A stretch of DNA of 64,000 nucleotides from an uncultured bacterium (GTDB lineage: Bacteria > Patescibacteriota > Minisyncoccia > CAIUEV01). This document shows positions 40,905 to 50,107 of the stretch, in pieces. The notes under the pieces were generated by a model. That model had not been told where the DNA came from, did not search any database, and saw nothing but the letters and a program-made list of their open reading frames with translations. Position 1 is the stretch's first letter; each line of letters starts with the position of its first letter. Both the position numbers and the translations under genes were made by a program. Location: assembly GCA_937952315.1 (NCBI GenBank), contig CALFZX010000016.1, forward strand, positions 14,969 through 78,968. Direction: 5' to 3'.

Positions 40905-41041
40905 CTTTATGCATTCCAAGATCCAAGATCTACGAACCATTATCGGGCGGATCTCGACCCGCCCCTGTTTGCTCCTTGTGCCTGGCTTATTTTTTTGCTC
41001 TTTTATTTTTTTTATGATTTAAGTAATAAGTAAATTAAAAA

Positions 41042-41117
41042 GCCGAGATAGCTCAGTTGGTAGAGCATAGGACTGAAAATCCTTGTGTCCCCGGTTCGAG
41101 TCCGGGTCTCGGCACCA
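41042..41117 (+). tRNA. tRNA-Phe (GAA), CCA encoded
   Basis: GCCGAGATAGCTCAGTTGGTAGAGC...CTGAAAA...GGTTCGAGTCCGGGTCTCGGCACCA. Confidence 0.97.
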
Positions 41118-41382
41118 AAAATATTGACATTTCCAAATTCTGGGCTAACTATAATTCTCGGTGCTTTAAATAAGGAGGATGCTCTTTAAAAAATTCGATT
41201 CGATATTCAACCTTTTTACTCAATACTAAAAAAGGCTTGTATTCGCTTTTGTTTGCCTATGATAGCTTTGTGATTTCCGTTTTGAAGAGCCAGCGGCTCT
41301 TGAAGCCAGAAAGTTGTTATAGTGTTTTACTTTGTCAAAGAAAATAAAAGTGGCTTAAACCAAGCTCTAAAAGAGGTGAGGA

Positions 41383-41814
41383 ATGAAATTAATGGCTCAA
41401 GAGGGTCCGAATTCATCGAGAGAACTCAATCTGAATATGGACGAAACCTGCTTTAGGGTTACCGTCAGGATTGAGTCGCCCGTCCGTTCAGAGGCGGTGG
41501 CTTTCTTACTTGAGAAGAAGCCGGCCAGTTACGCTGAGACCTGCTCTTACTCGCTGGATTTTATTGTCCAAGCGTTGCAAGAATTAGGCCGTTACCGAGA
41601 TTCTTTGGGCAGAAAAATGGCGGAAGTCGATTCTTCCATTCATTTTCTCAAAGGCGACAAGGAGGAAAATAACGAGGAAAAAATTATTTTCCTCAAAGCG
41701 GTTAAGAAAAAGATGGAGCAGTCCAGAAAGGAACTGGAGAAGTTGATAGACATGTATCGCTACGGTGAAGCCGAAGCGAGAAAAAAGCAAAAGTATTTTG
41801 GAGTAATTGAATAA
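41383..41814 (+). CDS. Hypothetical (orphan) coiled-coil protein
   Basis: 143-aa ORF, GAGGTG SD, own terminator at 41836-41862. Confidence 0.6.
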   Translation: MKLMAQEGPNSSRELNLNMDETCFRVTVRIESPVRSEAVAFLLEKKPASYAETCSYSLDFIVQALQELGRYRDSLGRKMAEVDSSIHFLKGDKEENNEEKIIFLKAVKKKMEQSRKELEKLIDMYRYGEAEARKKQKYFGVIE

Positions 41815-41835
41815 TCGAATTTGAATTTTAAAATT

Positions 41836-41866
41836 AAAACTCAGGCTTAAAGCTTGAGTTTTTTTT
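41836..41866 (+). terminator. Intrinsic terminator
   Basis: AAAACTCAGGCT / AGCTTGAGTTTT stem plus T-tract. Confidence 0.7.
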
Positions 41867-41907
41867 ATATCTTCGCTAGAATGACCTGAATAAATTAAAT
41901 TAAAATT

Positions 41908-42552
41908 ATGTTACTCAATAATAGTGATGTTATAAACATTGTTTGGAGAGATAGATTGACGGTTGCTTTGGTTGTGATCTTCTGCGTTATTTTGGGCTTG
42001 ATGTTTGAGAATATGCGAACTCCCGGTTTTGGTACGGTCGGGGCTTTAACCATTTCGGCGGAGGGTAGCCAAAAAAGTAACGATTTTAACTATGATCATT
42101 ACTATTCCTTGGAAGCCATTGACAGCCTGACTGATTCTTTGGAAGAATGGTTAAAAAATCATTCCGTACTTAAAGACGCTCACTCTTTGGCTAAAACGGA
42201 TTTCAAATCGGCCGATTGGCGTTTTTGGGAAAAAAACAGTTGGAAGGTTCGAAAAAAAGCACCGCAACTGCTTGAAGTCTCCTTCCATACTAAAACGGAG
42301 AGCGAGGCGATACAAGTAGAAAAAACTTTAAAAAAACAAGTTGAAAGCTTTCTACGAAAATTTAATTTAACCGGTGAACCGCATTTCAGTTTGACAAATC
42401 CTTCTTTTGCAGTAGAATCGAAAGCTCCTCGTTACGCTTTTATTATTATTTTGAGTTCAATATGGGGAATAATCTTGGGCGGTCTGCTCGCCTTGGAAAG
42501 AGAAAACCTGAAGTTGAAGAGAGCCGATCTTCATCTAAAGAAAGAAAAATAG
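41908..42552 (+). CDS. Wzz/CapA-like polysaccharide chain-length regulator family protein
   Basis: TM helices at both ends flanking an extracytoplasmic loop; upstream of methyltransferase and GT2 genes. Confidence 0.5.
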   Translation: MLLNNSDVINIVWRDRLTVALVVIFCVILGLMFENMRTPGFGTVGALTISAEGSQKSNDFNYDHYYSLEAIDSLTDSLEEWLKNHSVLKDAHSLAKTDFKSADWRFWEKNSWKVRKKAPQLLEVSFHTKTESEAIQVEKTLKKQVESFLRKFNLTGEPHFSLTNPSFAVESKAPRYAFIIILSSIWGIILGGLLALERENLKLKRADLHLKKEK

Positions 42553-43118
42553 TCTTTTCATTGGTGGAGATTTTTGGTTGGCTTTTTATTTTTTCTTTGA
42601 CGGCCAGTTTTTTCTTCAACTCTTTGAGCGGAAGAAGTGAGCTGGTGAGTTTTTCTATTTTAATCTTTGAAGCTTTGCTTTTGGCCTTTGCGCTGGCTTC
42701 TGTTTATTTTGCCTTTAGGGACCGAGAGAGCAGTGTTTTAAAAAGAAAGCAAAGGAACAAAATGCAATCTTTGTTGTCTCTTCAACGAAAAATTTTGGAA
42801 AATCGTTTTGATTTAAAGAAAAAATTAGGAGATTTACCTCTTTCCGGTAGCGCAGAATCTCTCAATCTGGTTAAAAAAGGAGAGGAAAAAATAAATCCTC
42901 TATCAAAAAATAGAGAAAAAATTATAGAGATGGACCTGCCGAACAAAAAAGAGACGCAGGGAACAATTAATTTATCGGAGGTTAACTTGGCGCAAAAATT
43001 GGTTCAAGGTGAAGATATCTCCGCTTTCCCGCCCGAATGGAGAAATTTTTTTATTGAAAATGAGGAAAGAACAACGGTTGAAAAACTCAATCGTCTTTTT
43101 GACTGGACGAAAAATTAA
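42462..43118 (+). CDS. Hypothetical membrane protein (true start probably near 42561)
   Basis: Two TM helices then a charged tail; co-oriented in the cluster. Confidence 0.55.
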   Translation: MGNNLGRSARLGKRKPEVEESRSSSKERKIVFSLVEIFGWLFIFSLTASFFFNSLSGRSELVSFSILIFEALLLAFALASVYFAFRDRESSVLKRKQRNKMQSLLSLQRKILENRFDLKKKLGDLPLSGSAESLNLVKKGEEKINPLSKNREKIIEMDLPNKKETQGTINLSEVNLAQKLVQGEDISAFPPEWRNFFIENEERTTVEKLNRLFDWTKN

Positions 43119-43134
43119 AGAGCAGAAAAAAAGA

Positions 43135-43887
43135 ATGAAGCTATTGAAGTTCAAAAAAATTAAAAACCGACAATTACTTCAATCGATAAACCGTATTCCC
43201 GGCTGGTTGGAGATTAAAGAAGCCCTAATATTGTATAACTTGGCAAGAGCATTGTCCCGAGGAGCGGTTGCCGTTGAGATAGGCTCATACCAGGGTAAGT
43301 CAACCGTCTGGCTGGGCAAGGCTCTTAAAAAGGTTGATTTTGCTCGACTTTATTCGATTGATCACCATTGCGGTTCCCCGGAAAAAGGAGAATCTCCTCG
43401 AACCGTTAATACCTGGCAAAAATTTAATCAAAATCTTAGAAAATTTCATCTGACCGACTTAGTCGTTCCCATCCGAAAAAAATCTACTGATGCGGTTATT
43501 GATTTTAAATTTAATATAGATTTGCTTTTTATCGATGGGGACCATCGACCGAAAGCGGTGGCGAAAGATTGGCAAACCTGGAAAGGAAAATTAAAAAATG
43601 GAGCGTGGGTGATTTTTCATGATGCTACTGTTTTGCCCGGACCGTGGAAAGTAGCGAGAGACAACATTCTTTTTTCTTCTTCTTTCGATAAAGTTAAAAT
43701 GACGGGAAGTATGATTTACGGCCGACAATGTTTGGCTGGCGGTTACCTTGAAAAAGGATTGAGGAGATTGACGAATTATTTTAAGTATCTTTTTATAATC
43801 TCTTATGTTAAAATGAGAAGGATAATTTGGGTGAGAAACCTGAAAAGTTTAGTGCTAAATTTTTTTTATGACTGCAAAAAAAGATAA
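43135..43887 (+). CDS. Class I SAM-dependent methyltransferase (Methyltransf_24-like)
   Basis: IPGWL...EA, VEIGSYQGKST, IDLLFIDGDH, FHD. Confidence 0.85.
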   Translation: MKLLKFKKIKNRQLLQSINRIPGWLEIKEALILYNLARALSRGAVAVEIGSYQGKSTVWLGKALKKVDFARLYSIDHHCGSPEKGESPRTVNTWQKFNQNLRKFHLTDLVVPIRKKSTDAVIDFKFNIDLLFIDGDHRPKAVAKDWQTWKGKLKNGAWVIFHDATVLPGPWKVARDNILFSSSFDKVKMTGSMIYGRQCLAGGYLEKGLRRLTNYFKYLFIISYVKMRRIIWVRNLKSLVLNFFYDCKKR

Positions 43888-45187
43888 ACGGCTGATTATT
43901 TTGATGGTGAATTATGGTACGAAAGAGTACATGAAAGAGTTGATCAAGAATTTTCTTTTTTCCTTGCCAAAATTTGCGGAAATTCGGATTGATTGGATTT
44001 TGACTGACGCTACCGATGCTTTTGAAATTGACAGAGATGACTGGGAGAACGAAATGAGAGAAACCTTCAAAAATCAAAAAAATAATTATTTTTATTTTTT
44101 TCGAATTCCTAATCGGGGATTTGCCCATAATGTCAATCTTTCCTACCAATTGTTAAAGAGAAAGCTGGGGGATAATTTTTCCGTTGGAGAGGACGATTTG
44201 ATTTTGCTTTTGAATCCCGACACTTCTTTCTATTGGCAAAGCCTGGCTCGCGCGTTAAGATTCATGGAGGAAAATCGAGAGGCGACAGTGGCCGGTATGG
44301 CACTTTGCAGCCCCAAAGGGGCTCCGGAGAAATGGGGGCATAGTTTGACTTTTCCGTCTTTGAAATTGATCTGGGGGCGAAAGCGATTCTCCGAGCCCAG
44401 TGGGGCTTTGGAACCGACCGAAGTGTCGTGGGTTTCCGGCGGAGCTATGCTTATTCGTCTTTCCTGGTGGGAGAGGCTAAAAGGTCTGGATGAGGGTTTT
44501 TTTCTTTATTTTGAGGATGTTGATTTTTGCAGAAGAGTTAAAGTGGAGCGAGGAAAGGTTTTTTTCTTGCCTCAAGCGACCGTTAGTCATCGTCGCGGGG
44601 CGAGCGACATTAATATTTATAGAAGAAAACAGCATTTTTACGCTTCGGAAGCAAAATACTTTTACTTATGGCGTAACGGAACGGAATACTTGTTGCTCAG
44701 ACTGGTTCGCATTCCTTTCAAGATCTTTTATTTTTGCAAGGGCTATCTTGCGCCGTCTTTTTGGAAAAAAGAGTGGCAAAAATTTAGCTCTGAAGTCGCT
44801 TGTGAAAGGGAAAAAGGTTTTCCGAGAATTATTTGTTCTGTCAAAAGATTTGTCCAAACGCCGTGGATGCTGGCCGGTTGGATTGCAGTTCTTGTTTTGA
44901 ATTTATTGCTTTGGGGGGTAGCTTTTTGGGGAAGAAAAACTTTAGGATCTCCGATTATTCTCCACTATAATTCCTATTTGGGGGTTGATTTCTATGGAGA
45001 TAGCGATTATTTTTTGATTTTCCCCACTTTGGGATTATTGGTTTTTTTGTTTAATTTCGTTCTTTGTCTTGTTTTATTTTTTTCGAAAAAATATTCCGCG
45101 CTTTCGATAGTCGCCAGCGGAGCGTCTTTAGGTTTTCAAACGGCTATTCTGATCGCTTTAGTCAATTTAATTTTCGTTAATCGATAA
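43868..45187 (+). CDS. GT2 glycosyltransferase fused to a C-terminal 3-TM domain
   Basis: NRGFA..N, LLLNPDT, WVSGGAML, DEGFFLYFEDVDFC; C-terminal LHYNSYLGVD membrane module. Confidence 0.85.
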   Translation: MTAKKDKRLIILMVNYGTKEYMKELIKNFLFSLPKFAEIRIDWILTDATDAFEIDRDDWENEMRETFKNQKNNYFYFFRIPNRGFAHNVNLSYQLLKRKLGDNFSVGEDDLILLLNPDTSFYWQSLARALRFMEENREATVAGMALCSPKGAPEKWGHSLTFPSLKLIWGRKRFSEPSGALEPTEVSWVSGGAMLIRLSWWERLKGLDEGFFLYFEDVDFCRRVKVERGKVFFLPQATVSHRRGASDINIYRRKQHFYASEAKYFYLWRNGTEYLLLRLVRIPFKIFYFCKGYLAPSFWKKEWQKFSSEVACEREKGFPRIICSVKRFVQTPWMLAGWIAVLVLNLLLWGVAFWGRKTLGSPIILHYNSYLGVDFYGDSDYFLIFPTLGLLVFLFNFVLCLVLFFSKKYSALSIVASGASLGFQTAILIALVNLIFVNR

Positions 45188-45260
45188 ATTTATTGTTTGG
45201 GCTTTACTGAAATTTATTTCTGTTATAGTTTAAACGGTATTCAAGTTTAATTTTGTTTTT

Positions 45261-45398
45261 ATGCCTAAAAGAACTTATCAGCCTAAAAAGAAGAGACGAA
45301 AGAGAGAGCACGGTTTTTTGAAGAGAATGAGAACTCCCGGCGGTCGTAATGTGGTTGCAAAAAGAAGAAAAAAGGGCCGAGAGAAATTGAGTGCTTAA
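45261..45398 (+). CDS. rpmH: 50S ribosomal protein L34 (absent from ORF track, 45 aa)
   Basis: Hand translation [45 protein letters not shown]. Confidence 0.97.
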   Translation: MPKRTYQPKKKRRKREHGFLKRMRTPGGRNVVAKRRKKGREKLSA

Positions 45399-45424
45399 TT
45401 TCAGCTTTTTTAAAAAGTCAGCTA

Positions 45425-45940
45425 AGAGCAAAGAGTCTTAGAGAAGAAGCCGGGCAATCGCCCCAGTTTTTAATAACGGGGAGGAAAGTCCGAACACCGT
45501 TAAAAATGATGGATAACAACCATCCGTTCCGTTGCGAGACGGCACGAGGGAAAGCGTCACAGAGACAAAACTAACCCTCTCGAGGGTCTAAGGTGAAAAG
45601 TGAGCGGATACGGGTAAAAAATGGTTGCAATTTTTTTTACTCACCGCTCTCTTCCTCTCGGCAACGATAGGAAGTGACAAGCCCCATTTGGTGCAAGGCC
45701 GTGCCCGGGGGGAGTTGAAAGTAGAAAGTTAAAAGTAGAAAAAAGTCGTTCATCACAGCAATTATTCTAAATAATCGTGAACGAAGCGAACTCCAAAACT
45801 TTAAACTTTTCACTTTGAACTTCCCTCGGGAGTGCCGCAAAGAATTCGGCGGTAACGCTCGAATCAAGATAAATGGTTGCCCCTTGATTTTCAAGGACAG
45901 AATTCGGCTTATAGGCTTCTTCTCTAAGACTCTTTGCTCT
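45425..45940 (+). ncRNA. rnpB: RNase P RNA with extended P1 and a long hairpin insertion
   Basis: GAGGAAAGTCCGAAC (45481) and ACAGAATTCGGCTTA (~45897) form P4; ACAGAGA, AAGGTGAAA and GGTGCAAGGC landmarks; 27-bp terminal stem. Confidence 0.93.
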
Positions 45941-45956
45941 AGAATCCAAAAAATCA

Positions 45957-47750
45957 ATGGATAAAAATAACATTCGCAACTTCTGTATTATCGCCCATAT
46001 TGATCACGGCAAATCTACTTTGGCCGATCGGTTTATTGAAATCACGAAAACCGTTTCTTCGCTAAAAATGAAAGATCAATTATTGGATTCAATGGATATT
46101 GAAAGAGAGAGAGGAATCACAATAAAATTACAGCCGGTTAGGATGAAACATCGCTTTAAGGACGAAGACTATGTTCTTAATTTAATTGATACGCCCGGGC
46201 ATGTAGATTTCTCCTATGAGGTTTCTCGCAGTTTGGCGGCTGTTGAGGGCGCGCTTCTTCTGGTTGACGCAACTCAGGGCATTCAGGCACAAACTTTGGC
46301 TAATCTTTATTTGGCGCTGGAGCAGGGCCTAACGATTATTCCGGTGGTCAATAAAATCGATATGCCAAGCGCCAACCCGGAGGAGACAGAGAAGGAAATT
46401 CAACGAATCTTGGGCATGAATGAAAAAGTTCATTTTATTTCCGCTCGGACCGGTCAGGGCGTTCCCGAGTTACTTGACGAAATTGTTCGGCTGGTCAAGC
46501 CTCCGGTAATTGAGAAAAGCGATAATTTTAAGGCGCTGATTTTCGATTCGATTTTTGATTCTTATAAGGGAATAATTCTTTATATTCGAGCTTTTGAGGG
46601 AGAGTTAAAAACTAATCAAGATGTTCGTTTGCTTGGTAGCGACGCTAAAAGTGCAATTCAGGATATCGGTTTTTTTCTGCCGAATAGGGTTTCTACCGGG
46701 GCTATCAAAGCCGGAGAAATCGGCTATTTGGCCACCGGGCTAAAAGACATTCGCCTTTGTCGCGTTGGAGATACGGTTTCTCTGGAAAAATATGCGGAAG
46801 AAGCGGAAGCTTTACCCGGCTATCGTCCCAGCATCCCGATGGTTTACGCGGGAGTCTATCCGACCGATAGCGAAAAATACGAAGAATTAAGAGATGCTTT
46901 GAATCGTTTGAATTTGAATGATGCCGCTTTTTCTTTTGAGCCGGAAACGAGTAACGCTTTGGGAAGAGGTTTCAAAATAGGTTGTTTGGGCCTTCTACAC
47001 TTAGAAATTGTCAAAGAAAGAATCAAAAGAGAATTTTTATTGGATATAATTTTAACAACACCCAGCGTGCGCTATCGAGTGCGAAGAAAAAATTTTGATG
47101 AGTGGGAAGAAATCTCCAGTATCGTCAAAATGCCTGACCAAGCCTTTATTGAGGTGATAGAGGAGCCTTGGGTTTCGACGGAGGTAGTCACACCCAGAAA
47201 CTATTTGGGCCAGATTATTAAATTGATGGAAAATCACCGTGGAGTTTATAAATCAACCGAGTTTTTGCAAGCGGAAAGAGTAATACTTCGTTATGACTTG
47301 CCTTTGGCGGAAGTGATAATGAATTTTTATGACAAGCTTAAATCGGTTAGTGCCGGTTTTGCCTCTTTAAATTATGCTCCGATTGGCTATCGACAGGCGG
47401 ATTTGGTTAAGTTGGAAATTTTAGTAGCCGGTGAGAAAAAAGAATCTCTGAGTCGAGTGGTACCAAAGGATCGCGCTTACAATGAAGGATTAAAGATTTT
47501 GCGAATGCTCAAGAAAACTCTTCCCAAACAACAATTTACGGTTAGTCTGCAGGCGGCGATTGGCGGTAAGATCCTAGCGCGAGAGAATCTTCCGGCGATG
47601 AGAAAAGATGTAACGGCTAAGCTTTACGGAGGAGACAGAACCAGAAAAGATAAATTGCTTAATAAGCAAAAAAAGGGTAAAAAAAGAATGCAGGAGACCG
47701 GTCGAGTAAAAATTCCGGGCGAAGTTTATATGGAATTGCTCAAAAAATAG
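45957..47750 (+). CDS. lepA: Elongation factor 4
   Basis: IRNFCIIAHIDHGKSTLADR, DTPGHVDFSYEV, RKDVTAKLYGGD.TRK.KLL.KQK.GKKRM. Confidence 0.98.
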   Translation: MDKNNIRNFCIIAHIDHGKSTLADRFIEITKTVSSLKMKDQLLDSMDIERERGITIKLQPVRMKHRFKDEDYVLNLIDTPGHVDFSYEVSRSLAAVEGALLLVDATQGIQAQTLANLYLALEQGLTIIPVVNKIDMPSANPEETEKEIQRILGMNEKVHFISARTGQGVPELLDEIVRLVKPPVIEKSDNFKALIFDSIFDSYKGIILYIRAFEGELKTNQDVRLLGSDAKSAIQDIGFFLPNRVSTGAIKAGEIGYLATGLKDIRLCRVGDTVSLEKYAEEAEALPGYRPSIPMVYAGVYPTDSEKYEELRDALNRLNLNDAAFSFEPETSNALGRGFKIGCLGLLHLEIVKERIKREFLLDIILTTPSVRYRVRRKNFDEWEEISSIVKMPDQAFIEVIEEPWVSTEVVTPRNYLGQIIKLMENHRGVYKSTEFLQAERVILRYDLPLAEVIMNFYDKLKSVSAGFASLNYAPIGYRQADLVKLEILVAGEKKESLSRVVPKDRAYNEGLKILRMLKKTLPKQQFTVSLQAAIGGKILARENLPAMRKDVTAKLYGGDRTRKDKLLNKQKKGKKRMQETGRVKIPGEVYMELLKK

Positions 47751-47798
47751 TTTTTTTGTCTTTTCAATTCAACGGATAATCCGCTTGATTCGCCTGAT

Positions 47799-47873
47799 GT
47801 CCCCATAGTTCAACGGATAGAACAAGGGACTCCTAAGCCCTAGATGGAAGTTCGATTCTTCCTGGGGACACCA
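47799..47873 (+). tRNA. tRNA-Arg (CCT), CCA encoded
   Basis: GTCCCCA/TGGGGAC acceptor, CT-CCT-AA loop, TTCGA. Confidence 0.93.
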
Positions 47874-48122
47874 GACGAGTCAGACGGAGACGGATGAGAA
47901 ACAGGGAGTTTCTAAACTGTAGAGGAAGATTAGATTCCTTTCGGAAACACCTTTTGAAGTTCTTTAAAAAACAAGGAGGATGTTCAAAAATAGCTAAAAA
48001 TGATAAATTGGTGCTGTCAGCCATTTTTATCGGTTTTTTTCTGCTTTTATGATTTTTATCTTGAGACCGAAGCTTCAATATATTATAGGCAGCCAAGCCG
48101 TTCAATCGTTTGGAGGTGAATA

Positions 48123-48506
48123 ATGACTAGAAGAGAAAAAATCTTAGTCTGTGCACTGATTTTGTCGTTGGGGTTATCAATTTATCTTTTGTCCAGGCAA
48201 TCGACTTATGTTACGCCGATTAATTTTTCTAATCCTAGCCGACAATCATTAAAACAATATCGGATAGAATACAATTACCCCAGCGAAATTAGAGTGATAC
48301 TGTTGGGAGTTTTTCCGGACGAAGATTCGATTAAAAGAGTCGGAAGAGAGGCCGCCTTGGAGATAGCCAGAAAGGCATCAAAAGACGGTTATATGCAAGA
48401 ATATGTTTCTTACGAAGTGGCTACGGGAGTTTTTTCTCTTGGTGATGATGGCACCGAGAGAATTTTTCCGGATATTAAGATATATCATATCAGAAAAAAA
48501 AACTAA
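48123..48506 (+). CDS. Small exported hypothetical protein, module-1 partner (paralogue of 49691..50107)
   Basis: N-terminal hydrophobic helix, GGAGGTGA SD; YRIEY..EIRV...AALEIARKA..GYMQ...DGTER..IKIY. Confidence 0.75.
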   Translation: MTRREKILVCALILSLGLSIYLLSRQSTYVTPINFSNPSRQSLKQYRIEYNYPSEIRVILLGVFPDEDSIKRVGREAALEIARKASKDGYMQEYVSYEVATGVFSLGDDGTERIFPDIKIYHIRKKN

Positions 48507-48521
48507 TTTGTTATGCTAAAC

Positions 48522-48554
48522 AAAAAAGCCGAGGATTTATGTCCCCGGCTTTTT
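48522..48554. terminator. Bidirectional terminator, module 1
   Basis: AAAAAGCCG.GGA...TCC.CGGCTTTTT. Confidence 0.7.
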
Positions 48555-48577
48555 AAAATGTTTTTCAGAGTGTTTAA

Positions 48578-49552
48578 TTATTCCCATCCTGAATCCCAAC
48601 CTCCTCCGTCCCAACCGGAATCCCAACCTGAATCCCAACCACCGTCATCCCATCCTGAATCCCAACCGCCATCATCCCATCCTGAATCCCAACCGCCGTC
48701 CCAACCGGAATCCCAAGAATCCCAGCCGCCATCCCATCCACTGTCATCCCAACCACTGTCCCAACCGGAATCCCAGCCGCTATCCCAACCGCCGTCCCAA
48801 CCGGAATCCCAAGAACCCCAGTCGGTGTCCCAACTGTCATTTGGCCAGCCGCTGTCCCAACCGTTATCACTCCAGCCACTGTCCCAACCGTTATCACTCC
48901 AGCCACTGTCCCAACCGTCTCCGCTCCAACCTGAGTTCCAGTTAGATCCAGAACCCGAATAGCCACTTCCACTTGTTCCGCCGGAGCTTTTTCCGCCTCC
49001 GCCGCTACTACCGCCGGAAGATCCTTTAGATCCGGAAGCGTAGTTGTAAGGTTTAGATGAAGAGGAAGAAGCCTTCTTTATATCATTGTAACTGTTATAT
49101 TTATTATACTTATTATATTTATTATACTTAGTGTAAGTATTATATTTTTTAGCACTGTTTTGCTTGTAAGTTTTTTTATTTGTCTTACAGCTTTCCGTTT
49201 GACAACCGCCGGAATAACCACTCACTAAATCTTTGATGTTGTTGACTAAGTCAACATTGATATCATTTGTGTTAGTGGGATAATTATTGTTAGTCGCCGT
49301 GGCTGTGTTGTTGATAGTGATCGGCGCTCCAGTGACGGTTGTAGTGGTAGTGACCGGAGCCGGAGCAGGTGCTGGTGCCGGAGCAGGGGCGGGGGCTGGT
49401 GCCGGAGCAGGGGCCGGTTGAGCCGGTAAGGTTAAATTGATTAAAAGGTCATCATGCTTACTGGGACTTTTAGCTAGAGCATTGGTTGCCGGAGCAATAG
49501 AAGTTCCCGCTAAAACCAAACTTAGAGGCACGGAAATTAAATACTTTTTCAT
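48578..49552 (-). CDS. Secreted low-complexity protein with (PA)n, YNK repeats, Gly/Ser linker and WDSG-repeat tail
   Basis: Signal peptide ending ALA|K; N-terminal ~110 aa paralogous to 50239..50967. Confidence 0.8.
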   Translation of the reverse strand: MKKYLISVPLSLVLAGTSIAPATNALAKSPSKHDDLLINLTLPAQPAPAPAPAPAPAPAPAPAPAPVTTTTTVTGAPITINNTATATNNNYPTNTNDINVDLVNNIKDLVSGYSGGCQTESCKTNKKTYKQNSAKKYNTYTKYNKYNKYNKYNSYNDIKKASSSSSKPYNYASGSKGSSGGSSGGGGKSSGGTSGSGYSGSGSNWNSGWSGDGWDSGWSDNGWDSGWSDNGWDSGWPNDSWDTDWGSWDSGWDGGWDSGWDSGWDSGWDDSGWDGGWDSWDSGWDGGWDSGWDDGGWDSGWDDGGWDSGWDSGWDGGGWDSGWE

Positions 49553-49601
49553 GTTAGGTCTAATTACTTTTTTAATTCTTTATAATTGTACAAAAAAAAA
49601 T

Positions 49602-49624
49602 AATCGTCAAATTTTTTGACGATT
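49602..49624. promoter_or_regulatory. Inverted repeat in divergent intergenic region (back-to-back -35 boxes or operator)
   Basis: AATCGTCAAA-TTT-TTTGACGATT, perfect 10-bp arms each containing TTGACG. Confidence 0.45.
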
Positions 49625-49690
49625 TTAAACAATTAGTATAAAAGGAGTTAAAAGCTCTTTGAAATTTGATTACAAAAAAGGAGAGGAAAG

Positions 49691-50107
49691 ATGAAAAAAA
49701 TATTTTTTTTCGGAGTAGCGTTAGTTTTCTCTATGACGATCTTTGCGGTTTTGGCTTTCTCGGCCGGAACTTATCGGGTCGATTACGGAGCGACGGAAAT
49801 TAAGGTTACCATGTCCGGTGACTTTACTCTCGACGAGTTAAAGGCCGCCGCTCGAGCTGCTGCCAAGGAGATTGCGCAAAAGGCCGGTTCTCAGGGATAT
49901 GTCCAGGATGGTCCTGTGACATATCAGATGGGAGACGGTATATATGTAATACACCCAGATGGATCGGAGAGGCTTATGAACGCGGTAAAAATTTATCGCG
50001 TGAAACAGAGGCCTAAACCTCAACCGCCTCGACAACCACCCGGCCCCACTAATCGTCCACCTTCCGGTGACCGACCACCGTCAAGTGGCCAATCGGCCGC
50101 TTGGTAA
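49691..50107 (+). CDS. Small secreted hypothetical protein, module-2 partner, Pro-rich tail
   Basis: Signal peptide; YRVDY..EIKV...AAKEIAQKA..GYVQ...DGSER..VKIY. Confidence 0.75.
   Translation: MKKIFFFGVALVFSMTIFAVLAFSAGTYRVDYGATEIKVTMSGDFTLDELKAAARAAAKEIAQKAGSQGYVQDGPVTYQMGDGIYVIHPDGSERLMNAVKIYRVKQRPKPQPPRQPPGPTNRPPSGDRPPSSGQSAAW

Noticed and set aside
40670-41022. ORFs 40670..40894 and 40822..41022 (QGTRDK / LLATCN repeats)
   Set aside because: Translations of the heptamer arrays with no independent coding evidence.
45204-45979. Minus-strand ORFs 45204..45431, 45637..45957 and 45767..45979
   Set aside because: Antisense to rpmH and rnpB.
48513-48972. SQP-repeat ORF 48513..48962 (+) and VGI/VGT ORF 48574..48972 (-)
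   Set aside because: Shadow frames of the WDSG repeat. The 324-aa frame has a signal peptide and a paralogue.
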